A stretch of DNA of 64,000 nt from Lytechinus pictus (taxonomy: Eukaryota), in contig NC_087245.1 in NCBI RefSeq assembly GCF_037042905.1, forward strand, positions 12,836,001-12,900,000, given 5' to 3'. A program made the translations under genes and the position numbers. Positions 15,601 through 30,600 of the stretch are shown one piece after another. Every line of letters starts with the position of its first letter. Position 1 is the stretch's first letter. Below the pieces are notes generated by a model that ran no database searches, was not told the DNA's origin, and saw only the letters and a list, made by a program, of their open reading frames with translations.

Positions 15601-18600
15601 TTGAGGCCTGGATATGCTTGTACAAGTAAATTATGGGTAGTCTTGGAGGTAAATCACTAAATGCAAGAACCTTAAACAAAAACATTTTCCTGTGACTGAG
15701 TAATGACTTATGTTTATAACATGTTGCTACAGTTATCGATTACATGTATGTTACATGTATGTTACATGTATGTTACATGTATGTTACATGTATGCTCCAC
15801 AAACATTTAGAAGATGAGTCATGCAAACATCATAAAACCACAAATGGATATCTTGGGGTATTTAATGTTTACAATTCAAGGCTAAAATAATACTAAATAT
15901 TTGTGGTGGAGAAAGCTCAGGAAAGAGATTATGATGAAGTGTTTTCACATCTCACCAATTAGAAAAATACATGTAGTATGATGAGAAATAGTTAAGGCTT
16001 CAAAATGTACTTGTACCTGATGTCTTATATTCATAGTTTCACACTTGCTTGAACCAGACGAGTTCTCCTAGGAATTAGCCTGCAACAAGACTTAGACATT
16101 TCTTGTCTCATCAGTTCATATTCAAAATTTGCTACAGCACTTGGAGAAATCTCTCATTTTGGGGTAGGCCTATTTTCTTTCGAGTATAGTGAGAACTTTG
16201 AATTCATACCAGAAAAATGCCTCAGGGTATATTCATATCGGGTCGAATCCACAATTTATAAGAAACCACATATTTTTTCCTGATTTGGCGGATGTAAAAA
16301 AAAAAACCCTTTATATAACATGTAATGTATCGCAGTGGGGTGAAATTAGAAGTAGACATGTTGGAATTCACAGCAAATTCCTATGAGAAACATATTTTTC
16401 AAAATGTGCACATCCCAAATTTTTTATGTTAAGTTTGTTTCAGGCCTAAAGCAGTGCAAACATAGCCTCAAATGCCTACATGTATATATGCAACAAATTC
16501 AGAGAAGATAAACTTACCAGTAAATGTTCTTGACTGCAGATCAACACATCTTCGTCATCGTTTGAATTCTCATCAATATTCTGATTTAAGAAAAAAAAAA
16601 GGATTTGCAGCAACATATACATGTAAATATATATACAAAAGTAAATCCTGCAAATGTGCATTAAATTGAGCAGTTCCAAAACTATGGATTAAATTACCCA
16701 CAAAACTAGAAAGGCAAAGTTATAAAGACTTCAGGCCCTATATCTCTTCAAATGGTTGATTATTCTTGATAAAGAATGTCTTATGTTTCTAGCAATGTTA
16801 GGAATGGGAACTCTGTTTACATCGCAGCACAGCAATATAGACCTGTAGTCCTGTACATTCATGTAGTAGGCATAGCTATCCCATAATGAATAATTTCAAA
16901 TTATTATTAACACTTCAAATAAAACATAATAAAATAAAAATATATATATATTTAAAAAACAGAATGACTGAGGATGGACTGGTATTGAAATTATTCTATA
17001 TGTACATAGAAATATGAAAGCTTTATACAGTTTGATATTGGTATACATCCTTAGATGTAGGCCTACTGTACATGGTAAATTTTTGTTATTGAGTGCCGTG
17101 TTTCCTGACCTTTATTTTTTCTCACGAAATGAAATGACCTGACCGATGTCCATATCTGAAGTCTGCTATTAAATGGATCTGATAAACTTGTGACTCAAAT
17201 TCTTCTTAATTGTGCTTTGTTTGTTTAATGCAGAAAAATAGGGGCATTCTGAACTATAAAGTAAACATGAATGCCTGATTGCCATAGTGCAAGATGTACT
17301 GTAGGCATACATGTATATATATACTTGTGAAGATGTACAAAATAAATGAGTCACAAATAAAATATGGGTTTAAACTTAAAAGGGGTACCCATCGCTGAAA
17401 ATAATATGATTTTACAATCAACTATAATTCAACTAAAGCTTCTTTGGGCTACATGCACATGTAGGCCAACATCCATGATTCACGTAGAGGTGGGATTGAA
17501 GAAATTCACAAAAGAAGGGAAAGACAGGGTTTGGATTTTGATGTTTTATAGTAATCAAGAGGCACGCTTTAGTATAATACTGTGCAAGAACCACTGTACT
17601 GAAACTCAACAGGACAAAAACATGGCCTTCATATGCTTTTATCTTGGCTAAAGTTGGTTTAACGTTATAAATGTAGGGGTAAATTGTCAATTGGTCTTCT
17701 GCCAACTCGTCCACTCCCCACATGGTCTACCTTCATACATGTACCTAGTCTAATGCCATTCCGTCTATCAACACCATTTGGTCCAATCATCACTTTGTCT
17801 AATCACCAGTTCGTTTATGACCATTTCATCTTGTAATTAGTTGGTCTAATAGTAATATCCATTTTAGTTTCATTCATTTCGCCCAATTTTATTACATTCA
17901 TTTCGCCCAATTAACACTTAGTCCAATTAGACCACATGGTATGGACTTACAAATCAAATAATTAAAATTCAAATAACTTTTTTATTCTTTGATGGGATTT
18001 TCTCAAACCTTCTGCAATATTTTTATCAGCTATTTTTAAAATAACTTTTTGTCAGGCTGAACTTCCTCTTTAAAAAGACAATATCATAATTTTTCATTTT
18101 GAAGCCAAAACACTGAATTTAGCTCATTACAAAGAACCTTTCCTGATAAATTATTTTGGATTTTCAGCTGGGTTATCACTTAAAATATAATCCTACATGA
18201 ACATACTGTACATCCCTTAATACTAATTTTGAATTTGGAAGTGTCCCTGAAAAACAAATTTCCAAATATATTCTAAGATACAGAACACATGAATTTTCAG
18301 GCAACTAATTAAAATGTGATATATTTTTTATACTCTACTTGGTATATTTGTAGCTTGGCCCCACATGTATATTCCCATGATGTACTGTAGTATGGTAATG
18401 ATTGATGCACCCAAGGAGCTGATCAATGCACCTGTACTGTACACTGTAAACGTGTAGAGTGTAGACTACATACATGTACATTATCAATATGGCCACAATA
18501 TTGCTGTTATCTCTAGAAACAGAATCATCCAATAACTGGAAAGAGAACAAACTCTGACACTTGGCAACACATCAATATAAAAACTGAAATTTCACACAGC

Positions 18601-21600
18601 ATTATACACGTGTGTACTAATTGAAAGAAACATGTACATGTAGGCAATTGCTCTTTATCAATTGACACATGGGTCAATATACATGAAGGTATTAGGCTAC
18701 AATCTAAAACTGAAATATCAATACACATACTATCAGAGGAAGGTTTAATTAGGAAGTGTTTTTTAAAATGTTGAAGTCATATGCAGGCCTTCCTCATGAT
18801 ACATGTAGAAACGGTCACCTTTAAAAACAGAATAAACTAAAAGTAACTGCTTCCAAGGACTGTATTGTCTGAAAGGACATGCATCTTTTGAAAGCATCCA
18901 CAATGTATCTTCATACTTGTTTTATTACCCCCTGTAATAGAGTTGCCTTATTTGGACACATATTAAAAGGAACTCACACAGCGACCTCAGAGAGTGAATA
19001 AAAATAACAATTCACAGTTCTTGAATAGTCCTTATTGGCAAAACTTACAGCTCAGTAAACAACACTCTTTTCATCTTTTCATTCCATGCAGCAGACTGCA
19101 ACTAGACTGAATGACAGAATACAAATTATATCCTGCCCCAATGAACACTAGACAAAAATACTTAGATTTTGTTATTCATACAGTACATGTATGTACATTT
19201 ATTTTACAGCTAAATGTCTTGTGTGTGAAATCTGGGATCAAAGTAAGCCTTATTTCAAGAGCCAATGTGTTCAGCACCAAAGCTTTGGTAATAAATGCTT
19301 ATAAGGCTTTAGAGCAAACAAAAATTAAAGAAAGCACTTTCTTTTCTGAGGTAAGGGCACATACATAAGTGTGTTGACTCTGATCAACACACTTAATTAT
19401 CAAAACAGCTCTGGTGGGATGGTCCTGCTTAAAGAAAAAGTCATTATGATATCAATCAACAAATGCTTCAATACAATTCCGACAAAATCGTTCTCAACTA
19501 ATCAGCTTATAACAATAACAGAAGCTTATGAAACGACACCCACTTTATAAGTTTTACTTGAAAACAAGTTTCATGAAACCGTAATAGAACAATTGTCTGA
19601 TGTGTTGCCATACAGATATCAGTGTATTTGTGATATTTTGCACCCTGCATCCACCTGAACCTTTCCAAAGAGAGACTACTACTGGGAACAAATTTCCTTT
19701 TCCTCATGACACAAGAATATGTTTTTTAAAAATTATTCACATGCAGGGTGGGCCCTTATCAAACTTATAATCAGATGAGAATTTCAGCACATGTATGATC
19801 AAGATGTAACCTTTTATTTCTTGCAAGCACATATGTACTGTACATATACATTTTCAATGAATATTTTAGAAGCAGAATCTGTTTTGCCAAGTAACCTTGA
19901 CAACACACACTCCTATCGTATACATTCTACTTGGGACTAAACCAATTTCATACATATCTTTACAACCAAGTAGGCTAACCAATAGGAAGGAAGTCTTTTT
20001 GAAAATGTACATACAGTGCCTTACGGAAGTCACTATTTAAAACCAATGTCAATAGTATGTAAATACTGGAAAAGTATAATCATATACATGTACAGTATAT
20101 ACTGTATCAGCTAGTTATCTTTCTTCAGCTTTGCTTTGGTATTAAAGTCAGCTATGTCAAAATTGTCTCAGGAAATAATAGTTCATCCTATCATTTCTTT
20201 ACAAGAGAGAATACCTTGTTACCACCCACATTTGTAGGGAAGAATTATCCATACATTTCAATTAAAACTGACATTTATTCTGCAATTGCCAATACCTCAG
20301 TCAATTTCCTGTTTAAAGGAAAAATAATATTAGTCTTTTGTTGCCGTTGGGCAATGCAAAAGAGCTTATTAGAAAATGAACAAACATGGAAGACTTAGGC
20401 CGTGTTTATGCTTCCACTTTTCGGGCCAGAATCAGCGTTTCCAAACGTGATTAGTCCAAAACATGGTTGCGTCCATGCTTACTTTCATTTAAACGCTGTT
20501 TCAAAACGCCGATCGTAAACTCACAAAAAGGTGCGTTTGTAAACGTCGTTTGACCAGAATCAGGCTTTCTGGGGAAGTATAAACAGAACCACGATCGTAA
20601 ACGTGTTTAAATGACGTCATTTTGGTGCATGCTTCCGGTGAGATGAAAATCCGCGGGCAAATACAGTCGCATAATCGCATTGCTCCATGGTCGCATGTTA
20701 TACCTCCACGGAATTACCTCTCATCTCCCTCGTTACATTTGCATGTGTGATAATTGAATTAAGTACTATCATTAGTATTACTCTTCCCATTTGTCATCAC
20801 GATGAATGTTGAGGGATTTACAAAAAAAACCTGGAACATGAGTTATAATGAGGAGACATCGCCAGATGCAAATAAACAAATAGATGTTTTGATTATTTTA
20901 TTATGTATACTTTAATATTCTTTATTTTTTCTCACTATTATCCTCACCATGGTGGAAAATATATGGCTATGTCAAGTAGCTCCATGCAATGACTAATATC
21001 GGAAATTGTTCGATGTTTAAATAACATGTAGTTAACGTACCTTCCCCATAACAACTCTCGGAAAAAAAAACTTTCGAAAAAGGGCGCGCCCAATTTGTCT
21101 TCGCTTTCCTGCTCAACGAAAATTACGATGCGAAGCCAGCTGGAGTTCGTGATTTCGCCTCTGAAAAGTGAAGCATAAACAGCACTCCCAGAACCACGTT
21201 TACGATCGGCGTTTTGAATCGACGTTTGAAAACGCTGATTCTGTCCTCGCAATGGAAGCATAAACACACCCTTAATCTTGCCTTCAGTGAACAGCTTACC
21301 AGAGTCTTTGACTTCTCAAAACAATCTAAACACTGCCGCCGCCATGGTCTCCAAAACAAGAAACCCAGTAGATAAAGCATGAACAATGATGTCTTCAGAT
21401 AGGTGGAGAAGAATGGCTTGTCATATCCAATATCCTTGAAGATGTACTAAAATATAAGATTTAAAAAAAAAAAGAGTGAAAAAAAAAAAAAAAAAAAAAA
21501 AAAGATGTGTTGTAGTGTACAGACAATATTTGATATTCTTTCTTCTCTCATTCAATAACCAAGATTCTATTGGCTTTCAATAATGTGTAATTGTTCTAAA

Positions 21601-24600
21601 AGGGGTCTACATTTGTAAATCTGTGTACCAGTACAATATACATTTTTAATCTCCATATTATTGATGCAATGCACAATGAATTAATGTACCATGCATTAAC
21701 TGGGTTGTGGAGGCAATGGATGCATACATACACTGTAGTACACATATTAAAAGCATCTATATTAATCCAAAGAAATTGCATAAACTCACACTATATACAT
21801 GTACATGTAGTAAAAAATCCACATCAGAGAGTAAGTTTACATTACATACAATACATGCAGGGAATATTTAGTGAGATTCCTTGTACTGTACAAAAATATC
21901 TACTTGTTGCACATACATTTTTGATATATCCCATCAGGGATAGGACTCACACAGCATAAATAAACTCAGTATTGTAAAACCACAGTACTTCAATTCCTCT
22001 CTCAAATGCACATGAATATCATAATAAAAAATTTTTTTTTTCAAATGCAATGGCATTTTTTTGGCTGGGACTTGATCAACAGGACTCCAATTCAATTACA
22101 GGAGTGAGAAGCCGCTTATTATATCAGCACTTTGCTTCGGGCTCTGTCACGCTACATGTACAGTAGGGCACAGATATCCAAAGCATCCAGGCACCAACCA
22201 AAGCAATTCAGATTCAGGACCTTTGTTCATAAAAGTTGGGAATAAATTAATTCCTCTACAGGAAAGTGTAGGGAGGCAAGGGGGAGAATTGGGTGTTGAG
22301 ACATTCTAACGGCTAAAACAAACACAATGTATGTACACTGTACACAAATAAATGCAGATCATTATTGATTTGTAGTACAAGTAAAATCAGCTTATTTTTC
22401 AGATAGGCCTACATGTACATGTAATACAATTCAATTTATAGCAAAGTTGAATTCGCAAATCACTCTCCTCTACATGTACTAGGCTCCAAAGTATTTAAAA
22501 AAATATGAAAACTAACAATTGAGACCCCCATGTCTGTACACCTACATGTACAAGTGGACTGAAGATCCATGAAAAATTCATTCAATTGATATATTGTTTC
22601 TTAAACTTGTATGCCCCCCAAAGAAAATCCATCCAAATAGAAACAATTCTTTTTTATGAAAAGCTACAGCCTTGTCATTTAAAAAAAAATGGTGCTCCAT
22701 GTCTGCACACCCATTCATTACACATTGCTGACCAACACATTGCCAACATTAAACATTAATTTCTAGTATGGTACCTCCTGGTATCTTTTCTATTTATTTT
22801 CTTTGAGGCCGTTCTCATTACGCTTTCTAAAACTAGTTTACTGGAAACCGATTCAGGAAACCAGTTTGGAAGATCGCTTTGCTAGCGTTCCCACTTGATC
22901 ACACGAAAGTGGTTTTCAAAATCACTTCACGTAAAGCGCTCTTGTTGCTATGGAAATGCTCTCATAGGGTTGACATGTTTCGCGCGAAATTCGAAACCGC
23001 AGCATAGGCATTCTACACCTGTCTTGTGGAGTAGCGCGCTCAAAATGTGCGAAGATCGCTTCCCGAAGAACGGTTGTGTCCTCACTTACGCTAAAACCAG
23101 TTTAACGAGGCAAAGCGATCTTGAAAACTACATCGCGAGGTGGTTTTCCAAACTGGTTTGGAAGATCGCTTCCAAGACCGCTTCAACCGTTCTCACTACG
23201 CGTTAAACTAGTTTCCACTAAACTAGTTTCCAGTAAACTAGTTTTAGGAACGTAGTGAGAACAGCCTCTTTCAATGAGATGAATCTGATCTGTTTTGTAA
23301 TTTGTACAATATTAAACTTCTACAAATTCTTACGAAAAAAAATATGGAGCAAATTTCAAAATAGGCCTTGATTTGAAAATTTTGAATTTTAATATACATT
23401 GTAAGACCTGAGAGACAAATCAAATATTGCATGAGAGTAAACCAAAAAAAATGCTTTAAATAGTGTTTAGGGGATACTGGAAAATATTTTTGAGCTTTCA
23501 TTTTCTGTTCATATCATAAAAGGTTCAAGTGCTGCAAAGGACTGCTCCTCAGATACTTTCACTTTTATTTCAAGCTTTTGACCCAAGACAGCTGATAATT
23601 TTCATGACAAACATTTGTGTGAACTGTGAAGTAATACAGTTGAACTGTGTTCAGTGTGTAGTGGTTTTCTTTTCATCAAACACTGATTTCAACATGATCA
23701 GAGCTTGATCACTTTATTTTACATTGATCATGCAAAGACAGCTGATTTACAACTTAATTATTTCTTTTCATGGAGCACCTCTCAGTTAGACTATTCAACT
23801 TGATTCTCCTGTCTATCTCTAAGCGGATGTTTTTCTCACTTAGCAACGACTAGCCAATCAGATTTAAGCTGAGAGCAACCTCATGGTTAATTTTTACACT
23901 CCAACACACGCGGTAGAAAGTCTTCACCTAGTAAGGACATGTACAATTTCTGCTAGTCACTTTTCTTTGCAACACAACAAATAGCTCTTACTTTGGGATT
24001 TATTTTTCATCATCAGGATTTCAAGTTCTTCATTTTCCATCCTTTTGATTTTGGACATATGTAAATATATACTCATCGCTTGTGTTATCCAAGTGGACAG
24101 CGTGTAATATTTCTAGGAGAACATCTCGTGTCACGATCACCCTATTCGCGACGCGTTTCGCTGAGGCCTCACGTGCGCGGTCGTTCTTCATCGCGACATT
24201 GTTCTTCATTCGCATTTATCTTGTTTATGGACATCGCATTAAAGGATCCCGATGAATTACTCGCCACTAGATTTTCTACATTTTTGCCTTCGCATATTGG
24301 ACCTCAGTGCTGGTGAGTCAATCAGATATTTTTATGTTAAGTAAGTTCTCATTTCTTACAATTGGTGACCCCGACGTGATTTTCGAGACGCAACAATTTT
24401 CATCATGAATCAACAATCAGCTAATCCAGCTGCTGCGGTATCGCATGTCGCTGCAGTCGCCTTAAAGCTTCCCCCATACTGGCCGAACGATCCCGCTGTA
24501 TGGTTCGCTCAAGTACAAGCCCAGTTCATGACGAGGGGAATTACTTCAGAGGAGACTCAGTTTGCGTACATTGTGTCTGCACTTCAACCTGAGATTGCAC

Positions 24601-27600
24601 AGGAAGTCAGGGATATTTTAATGAACCCTCCTAAGGACACACCGTACTCGCACCTCAAAGCAGAATTGATTCGCAGGACATCAGTCTCGGAGCAGAAAAG
24701 ACTCCACCAGCTACTTACCCAAGAGGAACTAGGGGATCGAAAACCCTCCCAGTTATTACGTAGAATGGAACAACTGCTTGGAAGTGATCATCTTGATGAA
24801 ACAATCTTCAAACAATTATTTTTGCAGCGACTTCCACATCATGTCCAGACAATTCTAGCGTCAAGCCGCGACGACATGAAGGTGACACAGTTGGCAGACT
24901 TGGCTGATAGAATCATTGATATTGGTTCAACAAGTACTGTTTCTGCTGTTAGTTCGCCCTCGTCTTCTACTTCTAGTTCAGAGTTGTCACAACTTCAACA
25001 GCAAGTAGACAGACTTACATTTCAAGTGCAGTCATTGACTACGCAACTTCAACATGAACGTGGTCGATCTCCAAATAGGCGCCCTCAACGTCCAAATACT
25101 CATTCAAATAGACAACGTAGCAGGAGTAGCAGTCAAAAGCGTCCTCTCTGTTGGTATCACTGGAAACATGGTGCAGAAGCTCGCAAGTGTACACCGCCAT
25201 GTAACTTTAATCACGCTTCTTTGTTTTCGAGTGATTCTCAACAGCCTTCTTCCAACACCCATGCTCAGGGAAACGACAGAGCCAGCCGGGATTAAGAGCG
25301 ACGACTCGTGCTGGTGCTAAGAATAAGAATGGTCGCTTGTTCTACATTCATGATCGGATCAGTGGTACTCAATTTTTGGTAGATACTGGAGCGGAAGTCA
25401 GCATAATCACGCCATCTGCAGTTGACAGACAACGGCATACACATTCAGAGTACACATTGGAAGCGGTTAACGAGTCTCGCATTCGTACGTATGGTGAACG
25501 CTCCATCACTTTGGATTTAGGCCTTCGAAGGACTTTTCGTTTTGTTTTCGTGATTGCCGATCTTCCTACACCCATTATTGGAGCCGATTTCCTGGATGAA
25601 TTTGGACTGGTTGTAGATGTTAGGCATCGAAAACTTATTGACTCCACTACAAAGCTCACGATCGACGGCATCCGTGCTCCACTTCACACGCAGTCTGTCA
25701 GTCCTATGTTTTCACGTTCATCGACTACAGGCAGTGATGAGTATAACGCCATCTTAAAGGAGTACCCAGACATCACTCGTCCTGACTATCGCCCCAAAGC
25801 TGTCAAACATTCTGTTACGCACCACATTGTAACGACAGGACCTCCATGTTCCGCACGTCCACGTCGTTTAGCTGCTGATCGCCTGACGATAGCACGTTCT
25901 GAGTTCGAACATATGCAGGAACTGGGGATCGTTAGACCGTCGAGTAGCAATTGGGCATCCCCGCTCCACATGGTTCCCAAATCTACACCAGGTGATTGGC
26001 GCCCATGTGGGGATTACCGTGCTCTTAACGCTCGAACTGTACCAGATCGCTACCCAGTCCCACATATCCAGGATTTTACAGCATCATTGAATGGCAAGGA
26101 GATCTTTTCGAAGATAGATCTCATCAAGGCATACCATCAGATACCCGTTGAACCATCTGATATACCGAAGACGGCAATTACCACACCCTTCGGACTCTTC
26201 GAGTTTACGCGAATGCCTTTCGGACTTCGAAATGCAGCCCAATCCTTCCAGCGTTTGATGGACGAAGTGGTCAGGGGCTTGCCTTTTGTCTTTGTGTACA
26301 TCGACGACATGCTAGTTGCTAGTGCAACAGAGGAAGAGCATAAGGAACATCTCCGACTTCTTTTTGCTCGCCTTCACGAGTATGGTATAGTGATCAACCC
26401 TGCCAAGTGTGTGTTTGGTGTGAGTTCTCTCATCTTCTTGGGACATCACATCAGCGCAGATGGCATTCGACCCCTCGAGAAGCGCGTGGAGGAGATCCGC
26501 GAATTTGCTCGTCCTTCTTCTATTCGACAGCTCCGTCGTTTTCTAGGACTTGTCAATTTTTATCGACGATTTATCCCCAAGGCAGCAGCTATCCTCGCAC
26601 CACTTACCGACATGCTCCGTGGTCAGCCGAAGAGATCAACCAAGGCAGTTGAGTGGACGGAAGAGCGCATCAGTGCATTTGAGCGTGCGAAGGAGGAACT
26701 TGCAAATGCTGCTTTGCTTGTACATCCTTCGACAGATCTCCAAACTAACTTGATGGTTGATGCATCAGATGTAGCAGTCGGTGGCGTCCTTCAACAGTAC
26801 GCTGATGGTATTTGGAAGCCAATTGCGTTCTTTTCACAGCGACTCAAACCTACCGAAATAAGATACAGCACTTTTGGTAGGGAATTATTAGCTATTTACC
26901 TCACGATTCGCCATTTTCGCTATTTCTTAGAGGGACGCGAGTTCACAGTCTACACAGATCATAAGCCATTGACCTACGCTTTGCGATCGAAGCCTGACCG
27001 TCACTCTCCAAGAGAAATCCGCCAGCTAGACTATATCTCGCAGTTTACATCAGACATACAGCATGTACACGGTGTAGACAACACAGTAGCTGATGCCTTG
27101 TCTCGACTGCACGTGGATGCTCTCCACACATCATTTACTGTTGATTTTGATCAGATTGCAGCCGACCAAATTGATGATGAATGGGAAGAGATACAGAAAT
27201 CAACTTCACTGACATTTAAGCAAGTACCACGGCCTTCAAGCGACGGAATGATTTGGTGCGATGTCTCTACAGACCACGAGAGACCTTACGTCCCGAAGAA
27301 ACACCGCCGCATGGTATTTGAAGCGTTGCATAATATGTCACATCCTGGTGTACGCTCTACCCAAGCAATGATTACTTCACGTTTTGTTTGGCCAAGTATG
27401 AACAAGGACATACGTACGTGGGCTCGTTCATGCTTATCTTGCCAGCGCTCTAAGGTCCATCGACATATCAAGGCACCACTTGGAACCTACACTGCGCCAG
27501 ACGCCAGATTCAGTCATATTCATGTAGACTTAGTCGGTCCATTGCCTTCGTCAAATGGATATTGTTACATGTTAACCTGTATTGATCGGTTTACAAGATG

Positions 27601-30600
27601 GGCCGATGCTTTCCCAATATCAGACATTACAGCAGAGACTGTCGCCAAGACACTTGTGCATGGGTGGATTTCCCGATTTGGCGCACCCTCAACCATCACC
27701 ACGGACAGAGGTAGGCAGTTTGAATCGCAACTCTTCCAAGCACTCACTTCACTTCTTGGGAGCTCTCGTACACGCACCACTGCGTATCACCCTGCGGCCA
27801 ATGGTATTGTGGAGAGATTCCATCGTCAGCTCAAAGCAGCACTTCGAGCGCAATCTGATCCCAGCAAATGGCAAGAGTTTTTGCCTATCGCACTTTTGGG
27901 CATACGCACAACGGTAAAAGAGGATCTTGGATGTACACCAGCAGAACTGGTGTATGGAACTACACTGAAGGTTCCAGGTCAGCTGGTGGCACCAACGACT
28001 CCGGACTCTTTCTCCAACCCAGGCGACTATGTTCATCGCCTTCGCAACTATATGATTGACATCAACCCTGCACGAACACGTTCTCAAACTACTACATCGC
28101 ATGTTCCACCTGATTTGCAAGATTGCTCGCATGTATTTATCAGGTGTGATGCTGTCCGGCCATCACTTCAGCCGCAATATGATGGACCTTACAGAGTTGT
28201 TAGTAGGACGCCAAAGTTTTTCATTTTGGATGTGAAAGGGAAGAATGATTCCGTCAGCGTTGATCGTCTCAAGGTTGCTCATCTGCCATCTACTACAAGC
28301 ATGGACAATTCAATTCAACATCATGCATCATTTTCATCGCTACCTACTCCTACTGCCTCTACTCCACCGGTGCGGACAACCAGATCAGGTCGCCGCGTCC
28401 ATTTTCCAGCTCGTTTTGCCCAGTTTTCCAATGGATGAAAGGACATCTTACATTATCATGGGACCAATGCTTTGTATCGATCAACTTAACTCTTGTTCGT
28501 TGATCTAGGAGGGGAGTATTGTAGTGGTTTTCTTTTCATCAAACACTGATTTCAACATGATCAGAGCTTGATCACTTTATTTTACATTGATCATGCAAAG
28601 ACAGCTGATTTACAACTTAATTATTTCTTTTCATGGAGCACCTCTCAGTTAGACTATTCAACTTGATTCTCCTGTCTATCTCTAAGCGGATGTTTTTCTC
28701 ACTTAGCAACGACTAGCCAATCAGATTTAAGCTGAGAGCAACCTCATGGTTAATTTTTACACTCCAACACACGCGGTAGAAAGTCTTCACCTAGTAAGGA
28801 CATGTACAATTTCTGCTAGTCACTTTTCTTTGCAACACAACAAATAGCTCTTACTTTGGGATTTATTTTTCATCATCAGGATTTCAAGTTCTTCATTTTC
28901 CATCCTTTTGATTTTGGACATATGTAAATATATACTCATCGCTTGTGTTATCCAAGTGGACAGCGTGTAATATTTCTAGGAGAACATCTCGTGTCACGAT
29001 CACCCTATTCGCGACGCGTTTCGCTGAGGCCTCACGTGCGCGGTCGTTCTTCATCGCGACATTGTTCTTCATTCGCATTTATCTTGTTTATGGACATCGC
29101 ATTAAAGGATCCCGATGAATTACTCGCCACTAGATTTTCTACATTTTTGCCTTCGCATATTGGACCTCAGTGCTGGTGAGTCAATCAGATATTTTTATGT
29201 TAAGTAAGTTCTCATTTCTTACAAGTGCAAGAGACTTTGAGTAGATTTACATACACATGTATCAACAATTGGGACTCCCCATTCTTACACAATACTCAGA
29301 TTATTTGGTGCCTTAACTAACATTTATCACTCACTATCACATTGCATTGGGTAATTTCTTCCATTAGTCAATCTACTGACTGTAAATGAATTTATTTTTA
29401 AAGATTACATGTAGTACCACCATCCATACAAGTCATGTCTAATTAAATATTTACATGTATCTACATTTTTCATATAAACTGAAATGAGGAAATGCAAGCA
29501 AATGGATTGTACATTGGTAAATATAAACACTGAGCAGAGCCTTTAAAACTCATGGACAATTATGAAATACAAGTAGCAATGATAAGTACATATCCCAATC
29601 AGGCTGATGAAAATGTTGGAGTCAGGGGCAATTTTAGTCAATTCTTTTCAAAGCACTTCAGCTTGTGCATTCAAACGTCAAGAATAAAAATTAGTAATAG
29701 GAGAATGTTGAAATTAAGTAATTATATAGAGGGAACATCATTCTTTTATTAACCGGGATTAACAGATTTTGTTTGCAATTGAAATAAGGATAAATATGAT
29801 GTAGAACTGAAAATCTACATGTATCCTGGCAGAGCTTGACAGGATTAATGACAGCAACAGTAAAGCAATTACAATGTACTACAAAGCTGTATAATTACTC
29901 ATCAGGGCCCGTATTCCATAAACGAGATAAGCATGCTTAAGTCAAAAATCTAAGCATTTTGTCTTATTTTCTGTCTAAGACAAAATTCTTAGCCAAAACG
30001 CGTATTCCATAAAGAATTGGCTAAGAATTTTGTCTTAGAATTTGGCTAAGAGGTTTTGCGCGACTAAGACAGATATAGGATGAATGGCTAAGTAACTTTT
30101 CTTAAAACTGCAGAGTCTGTATTTCATAAATACAACATGGCTAAGAATTTAGCCCTAACTTTAAGACAGGTGTGAGTTGTCTTAATTGCTTTAAGACAAC
30201 CTGGTTTAAATCCAACAAATCATGGCCAATTTTTTTTTAGAATTTATACCTATATTGCATTTCGAGCTACTTCCTCAGTTTTTTAACCGATTTTCATGAA
30301 ATTTGGAACACACATTGGTCTTAAAGTAAGGAGGTGTGAGAAATTTTTTTTTTGCTTTTTCAGAAATTGTGTTGCCATGGTAACAGTATATTATGGCCAA
30401 AATTTAAAATTTAAATTACTTCATCAGTTTTCTACCAATTCTCATGAAAGTTGGCTCACACATTGGATTTGAGGAAAAGATGTGCAAGACACAATTTTGC
30501 ATGTGTTGGAAATTGTGTTGCCATGGTAACAGTATATTATGGCAAAAATTATGTATAAATCTTGCTATTCCAACTACTTCCTCAGTTTTTAACAAATTCT

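Larger units (their letters stand above)
23657..29223 (+). mobile_element. Full-length Ty3/Gypsy LTR retrotransposon, CsRn1-like clade, antisense within an SLC35F5 intron
   Basis: Two 704-bp TG...CA LTRs, 4-bp TSD AGTG (23653-23656 and 29224-29227), tRNA-Trp PBS, PPT, intact gag and pol in PR-RT-RH-IN order, Gag CHCC knuckle. Confidence 0.97.

Noticed and set aside
15931..16020. C/D box snoRNA-like ATGATGA...CTGA
   Set aside because: Antisense to the host gene, weak terminal stem and no recognisable guide.
18470..18535. Possible extra SLC35F5 exon ([14 protein letters not shown]) after a good minus-strand acceptor
   Set aside because: No convincing frame-preserving donor, and the gene model is complete without it; RNA-seq could still reveal a minor exon.
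24030..24316. Short ORFs duplicated at 28893-29179
   Set aside because: Incidental ORFs within the LTRs.
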